Assembly (NCBI RefSeq): GCF_009914755.1
Contig: NC_060926.1
Reading direction: 5' to 3' (one strand)
DNA length: 64,000 nt
Source of the DNA: the human T2T-CHM13v2.0 reference genome, Homo sapiens
The position numbers were made by a program, and so were the translations under genes. A model generated the notes under the pieces. That model saw only the letters and a program-made list of their open reading frames with translations, ran no database searches and was not told where the DNA came from. Numbering within the stretch: position 1 is the stretch's first letter; the number at the start of each line of letters is the position of its first letter. Below are positions 58,983-64,000 of the stretch, in pieces.

Positions 58983-59158
58983 CTGTGTACAGTGGCACAT
59001 ACCTATAGTCCCAGCTACTTGGGAGGCTGAGGCAGGAGGATCACTTGAGACTAGGAGTTCAAGGCTGTCATGTTCCATGATTGTACCTCTGAATAGCCAC
59101 TATGTTCTAACTTGGGCAACAGAGCAAGACCCTGTCTCGTAAAACAAAGAAACAAACA
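58983..59158 (+). mobile_element. FAM (fossil Alu monomer, 7SL-derived)
   Basis: Monomer keeping the 7SL-like 'tgaatagccact'; TSD aaaattc(c/t)tgtttt. Confidence 0.8.
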
Positions 59159-59789
59159 AAAATTCTTGTTTTTATTTGTATTAATTCCTGTTTTCCTTAG
59201 GTTTGTTTCATTGTGTTTATTCTTGAGTTGAATGCCCATGATTTCCTCATTTAGTATTGAAAATAATGGGTGTTATGATTTTCTTCTCACTGCTTTTGCC
59301 ATGTCTTGTGTTTTGACCTGTAATTTCTTCAAAAGTTATTTTTAAGTATTCCTTAGTAAATAATTTTGACACTTACTGAAGGCTTATTTAGATGAAATTT
59401 CTTTTTGTAGGTGTTGCTTAAAATCTATTTTACTTTTTTTTAATTGTGTTTTGTTTAAAGGGGTATATATAATTTTAAATTTTTGAAAATGATTGAGGGT
59501 TGACCTGTGATCTAATACTTTATCCATTTGTATACATATTCAATGGGCCCTTGAGTAGATGATAATATTTCTAGTTTGAACAATATCAATTAAATTCACT
59601 ATAGTAAACATGCCCTAGAGTATTTCTGATTTCTTTTTGTACCTATCTGTTGGTATATATTTGCCTCTCCTTTTTTTTCACTGTCCAACCTTGTAAGGAA
59701 TGTTGTATATGTAAACAAGAGTATAACTGGACTTGTTTTTGAACAAATTTAATCATTTTTGAAGGTTAAAAAAATGAATTGAAGGAGTT

Positions 59790-60350
59790 ACAGATGAACT
59801 TGACCAGATGTATTTGAGAGATATTTTAGAAGGCAGAATTGACATGACCTGATGACTCAAATGAGAAGAACATCATTATATAGAGTAGGCAAACAGAAAT
59901 TTTGCAGGAATCTTAATGAACCTGTTTGAAGTGCCTGTATAACATGCAGATTAAGCATATCTAGTAGGCATTAGGTAAAAAGATTTAAAAGATTTTGAGC
60001 TCCAGCATGTGATAAAAGCTACAGCTTTATTGACAAAAAGGCAGAATTTTTCCTTTTAATTGAAATTGGAGTAAACATGCTTGCCATTTGAGAAGTGGAA
60101 GCAGTAGATTGAAGATAAAAAGAAAAGAGGGATTAATTAATAGAGGATAATCCTGGATCATGAGAAGGACAGCGGATCAAAAACAGAGGTAGAAGTCTTT
60201 GTCTCTGAGAGGAGAAGCTACTTTTTCAGAATGGAAGAGGATTAGCATGAAAATAATTTTTTTTTAGGAGACCAAAAGAAGAAAAATAGAGGTGGCTTAT
60301 TCTTGATTATTTGTTCAAGTCCTAAAAGTTATGGTGGGATCTCTGCTGAT
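59790..60350 (-). mobile_element. L2 fragment
   Basis: 'ttgagagatattttagaaggcagaattgacatgacctgatg...tgtttgaagtgcctgta'. Confidence 0.6.
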
Positions 60351-60817
60351 TATTGCTGCTTACACACTGTGAAAGAAAAACTCAGACTCTATCTGGTCAT
60401 TTGAGATATCTGGGGTGTACATTGGTGGCTTGCTCTCCCTTGCCTGATGTCTTTCATTATCACAGGTGATAGTTTTGTGCTAATTTCCTGGTTCTTGGGT
60501 GTGGTGTGGGGAGGTCTCTACGAAGCTTCTATTTTGTGAAAGCAGAAGAAGCAATGGCAGTTGATGAGGGACAGAGGTGGAGTGCTGTTAAGATAGTGAT
60601 CTTTTGTAATAAAATTAAAGAGAGAGAGAGAGAGAGGGACAGTTTGGAGACGGGACAGGAGTTTCTGAGCACCCTCTAGCTAGGTCAGCATGGCTTGGAG
60701 GGCCAGGATTGTAATATTATCTCCACAAATATGCAGAAGTTGGGACAGGAGCATGCACATCAGATCAGTGACTTTATTTATGTGGTCACCTGTAGAGAAA
60801 GTATGGCAGCACTTTCC

Positions 60818-61380
60818 CCAACAGATGAATGGATAAAGAAAATGTGGTGTATATGCACAATGGATTACTATTCAGCCTTCAAAAAGAGGGGAATCTTGTC
60901 ATTTCCAACAACATGGGTGAACCTAGAGGATGTTAAGTGAAACAATTCAGGCCAAGAAGAAGACAAATACCACATGAACTCACTTAAATGTGGAATCTAA
61001 AAAAGTCAAACTCATGGAAGTGTGAGCAGAATGGTCGTTACCAGGGACAGGGAGTGGGGAGAGATTGGGAAGATGTGGGTCAAAGGATAAAAAATTTCAG
61101 TTATATAGGAGGAAAAAATTTCAGGTGATCCATTGTACAACATGATGCTTGATAACTATGTATTGTATACCTGAAACAATGTATTATATGCTTGAAAATT
61201 GTTAAGAGATTAGATTTTTAAGGGTCCTTACCACATGCACAAAAAGTATGTGGTAATGCTTATGTTTATAAGCTTGCTTTTGCCTTTCTGTCATGTATAT
61301 ATATTTTAAAACATCATGTTGTACATAAAAAATATACACCATGTTTACTTGTCAATTATAAACATAATAAAAAGAAAATA
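60818..61380 (+). mobile_element. L1MA (MA7-9-like) 3' end
   Basis: 'acagatgaatggataaagaaaatgtgg...gtggaatctaaaaaagtcaaactcat'; A-rich tail. Confidence 0.88.
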
Positions 61381-61399
61381 ACCTACATAAGTACTCCTG

Positions 61400-64000
61400 A
61401 CACACACATCATTCCACAGTACATTCCCTTCAAAAGCAGTTACTATTCTGATATCTACCATTATGAAAGACTAGTGTGTGTGTGACTTATTTTACTTAAC
61501 ATTATGTTGTAGAATTTATCTTTATTGCATGTAGCAACAGGCCAGTCTTACCTATTGCTGTAGATTGTATTCATATATCCAGTACCTAATTTGTACTTTT
61601 TGGCTTTTACAAATAGTGTTCCCATGAACATCATTGGGTTGTATATACATACATTTTTGGGGATAAACATGTATATCTGGAACTAGAATTTTTGAGTGAT
61701 AGGACACACGTATGTTCAGTGTATATGTGACCAGTTTTCTAAAGGGCATGGGAATAGTACTACATGAGAGTTCCCATTCTTTCACATCCTCAGCAACATA
61801 TATTTTAGACATTCTGATAAGTGTGTAGTGGTGTCTCGTTGTGATTACATTTCCCACATCGGTCACATTGTTATCCCCTATTGTGTTGTACTGGTTCAAG
61901 CATTTGCTCATTTGCCTATGAATTTTGTCTTTTCACTGATTTTTAGCTGTTTAAAAAGTATATTTTGGAGTGTTTATGTCTTGTCACTTATGTGTTTCTA
62001 TAAATGTCTTTTCTCAGTCCATGGCTTGCTTTTTCCCTCATTTTAATGGTGTCTTTTAAATAACACAAATTCTTAATATATATTGCAATTTATTAATATT
62101 TTTCTTTTATTGTTGGTGCTCTTGGGTCTTGTTAAGAAATTCTTGTTTACATCAAGGCTATGAAATATTTTCCTCTGTTTTCTTCTAAAGGTTTTATATT
62201 CCACTTTTAGATCTATAATTCATCATGAATTTATTTTTGAGCATAGTGTGGGGTGGGTGTTAATATATATATTTTTCTTTTGACCCAGGTCCATTTCTTG
62301 AAAAGACCACCCTTTCCCCCATTGCACTGCAATGTAATCTTTGTCATGATTCAAATCATTCTAAGTGTGACTCTGCTTCTGAATCTATGTTTTCTTTCTT
62401 TGGTGTATTAGTCTATTAGAACATCACTGTGATTACTGTGGCTTTTGATAAGTCTGAAAAGTCCTCCAGCTTCACTTTCCTTATTCAAGATTATCTTTCC
62501 TATTTTTGGCCCTTTGCATTTCCAGTATACGTTGTTAGAAAAGTCAAATGCCAACTGAAGGAAAAAAACTATTTGCATTTTTACTACACTTTTATTGAAT
62601 ATATTAGTCAATCTGGGGAGAATTAACATGTATATAGTATGGGGTTTTCTAATCCATGAATATGGTATATCTTTCCTTGTTTTATTTATTTCAGTAATGT
62701 TTTATAGATTATTGTGTAGACACTGCAAATTTTTGAGATATTCCTTTTTTTGGATTTACTATTATAGATTGTATTTATTTACAATTTAATTGTCTGATTA
62801 TTTGTTGTGGTATTAGAAAATGCAATTTTTTATATTGATTTTTTAATCCATAAGGCTGGCTAAATTTCTTATTAATTCTAATGGTTTTTCATTGGATTTG
62901 GTTATGAATATTCTAGATATAAAATCATGTTATCCTAAAAATGGAGTTTGGGGTTTCCCCCAAAGTTTATGTATTTTCCTTACTTGTAATTCTTAATTTC
63001 ATTGGTTAACACTACCAGCAGAATGTTGTATAGAAGTGGTGATAAGGCATTCTTATGTCAATTTGAATCTCAGGAGGAAAGCTTTCTATATTCCACCATT
63101 AAATATAAATGTGCTGAAATATTTTGTGGATACTTTATGAGAAACTTTCCTTTTATTTTTAGTTTACTAAGTGTTATTGTGGAAAGATACATTAATAAAA
63201 GGTATTTTCTAATTCTAATGAGTTAATTATATGAGTTTTCATCTTTATTCTGTTACTGGTGGTTAATTACAATTGAATTTAAATATTAGACCAACTCTAC
63301 ATTCCTAAAATAGTCACACTGACTTGTGTGTATTATCCTTTTTATATATTGCTGCATTAAGGTGCTAATATCTAGTATAAGATTTTTCATCTATGTTTTT
63401 TGAGAGATTTCCTGTAGTTTTTCTTCCTTGAATGTCTTTGTCAAGTTTTTAATGTAAACATTTTGATAAACTCATAAAAATGTTGGAAAGCTTGTCCTTT
63501 TTCTCCTGAACTCTGGATGTTTATATGAAACTAGTGTTTTTTATTTTCGCTCTAGAAATTTTTTTAGAAGGTGAAAGATTTGAAATTACAAATTCTATTT
63601 CTTCCTGTGTTGTTTATGTTAGGTTGTGTTTTACTAGGAATTAAGCCATTTCATTAATGGTATAAAATTGTTCATAAAACCTAATTTTGAATTTTTAATA
63701 CTTGTGAGCTCTACAGTGATAGTTTTAGTTCCTACTGTTAGCATTTTTTTAATCCATTCTGTTAGAAATTTCCTAATTTTTATTAGTTTTTTTAAAAAAA
63801 CCTACTTTTAATTTTGTTGATTTTGCATATTGAATGCTTGTTTTTTAATTTTATTAGTCTCTGTATTAATCTTTATACTTATTTTGGGTTTAACTTGTTG
63901 TTTGCTTGTTTTTTAAATTTATATTTCCCAAGATGGACATTTCAATTGTGAAGTTTTAGCCTTTTGTCTCATATACATTTAAGACTATAATTCTCTCTAA
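61400..64000 (-). mobile_element. Old L1M (ME-class) 3'UTR/ORF2 region, running off the window
   Basis: ORF2 remnant 62408-62629 (ILPRL..IFN...GPKI.K.IL.K...AGGL); T-rich antisense L1. Confidence 0.8.

Noticed and set aside
58983-59158. Possible 7SL RNA gene
   Set aside because: Lacks the S domain, is diverged, and has an A tail and TSD: a FAM retroposon.

Overview
AT-rich, CpG-poor primate (human-like) non-coding DNA. AluY and L1PA3/L1PA5-type elements point to a catarrhine/hominoid genome. I find no supportable host protein-coding exon, RNA gene or CpG island. The ORF-track entries are L1 ORF2 remnants, Alu/LTR read-throughs or chance ORFs. Most of the window is layered transposable elements: Alu/FLAM/FAM SINEs, young truncated L1PAs, a near-full-length L1MA holding a complete two-LTR THE1A element, old L1M, L2, L3/CR1, MIR, solo LTRs and DNA transposons. 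Repeat family names come from my memory of consensus sequences, not from a RepeatMasker run. I see no evidence for a new multi-gene system. Three observations stand out. (1) An L1PA3-type insertion is flanked by a ~222-bp direct duplication, i.e. a giant target-site duplication. (2) A ~305-bp non-TE, poly(A)-tailed, TSD-flanked retrocopy sits inside a MER34-type LTR. (3) A TE-poor island at ~19-25.5 kb carries three paired PBX-HOX/MEIS sites and four perfect octamer (POU) sites, suggesting a developmental enhancer.
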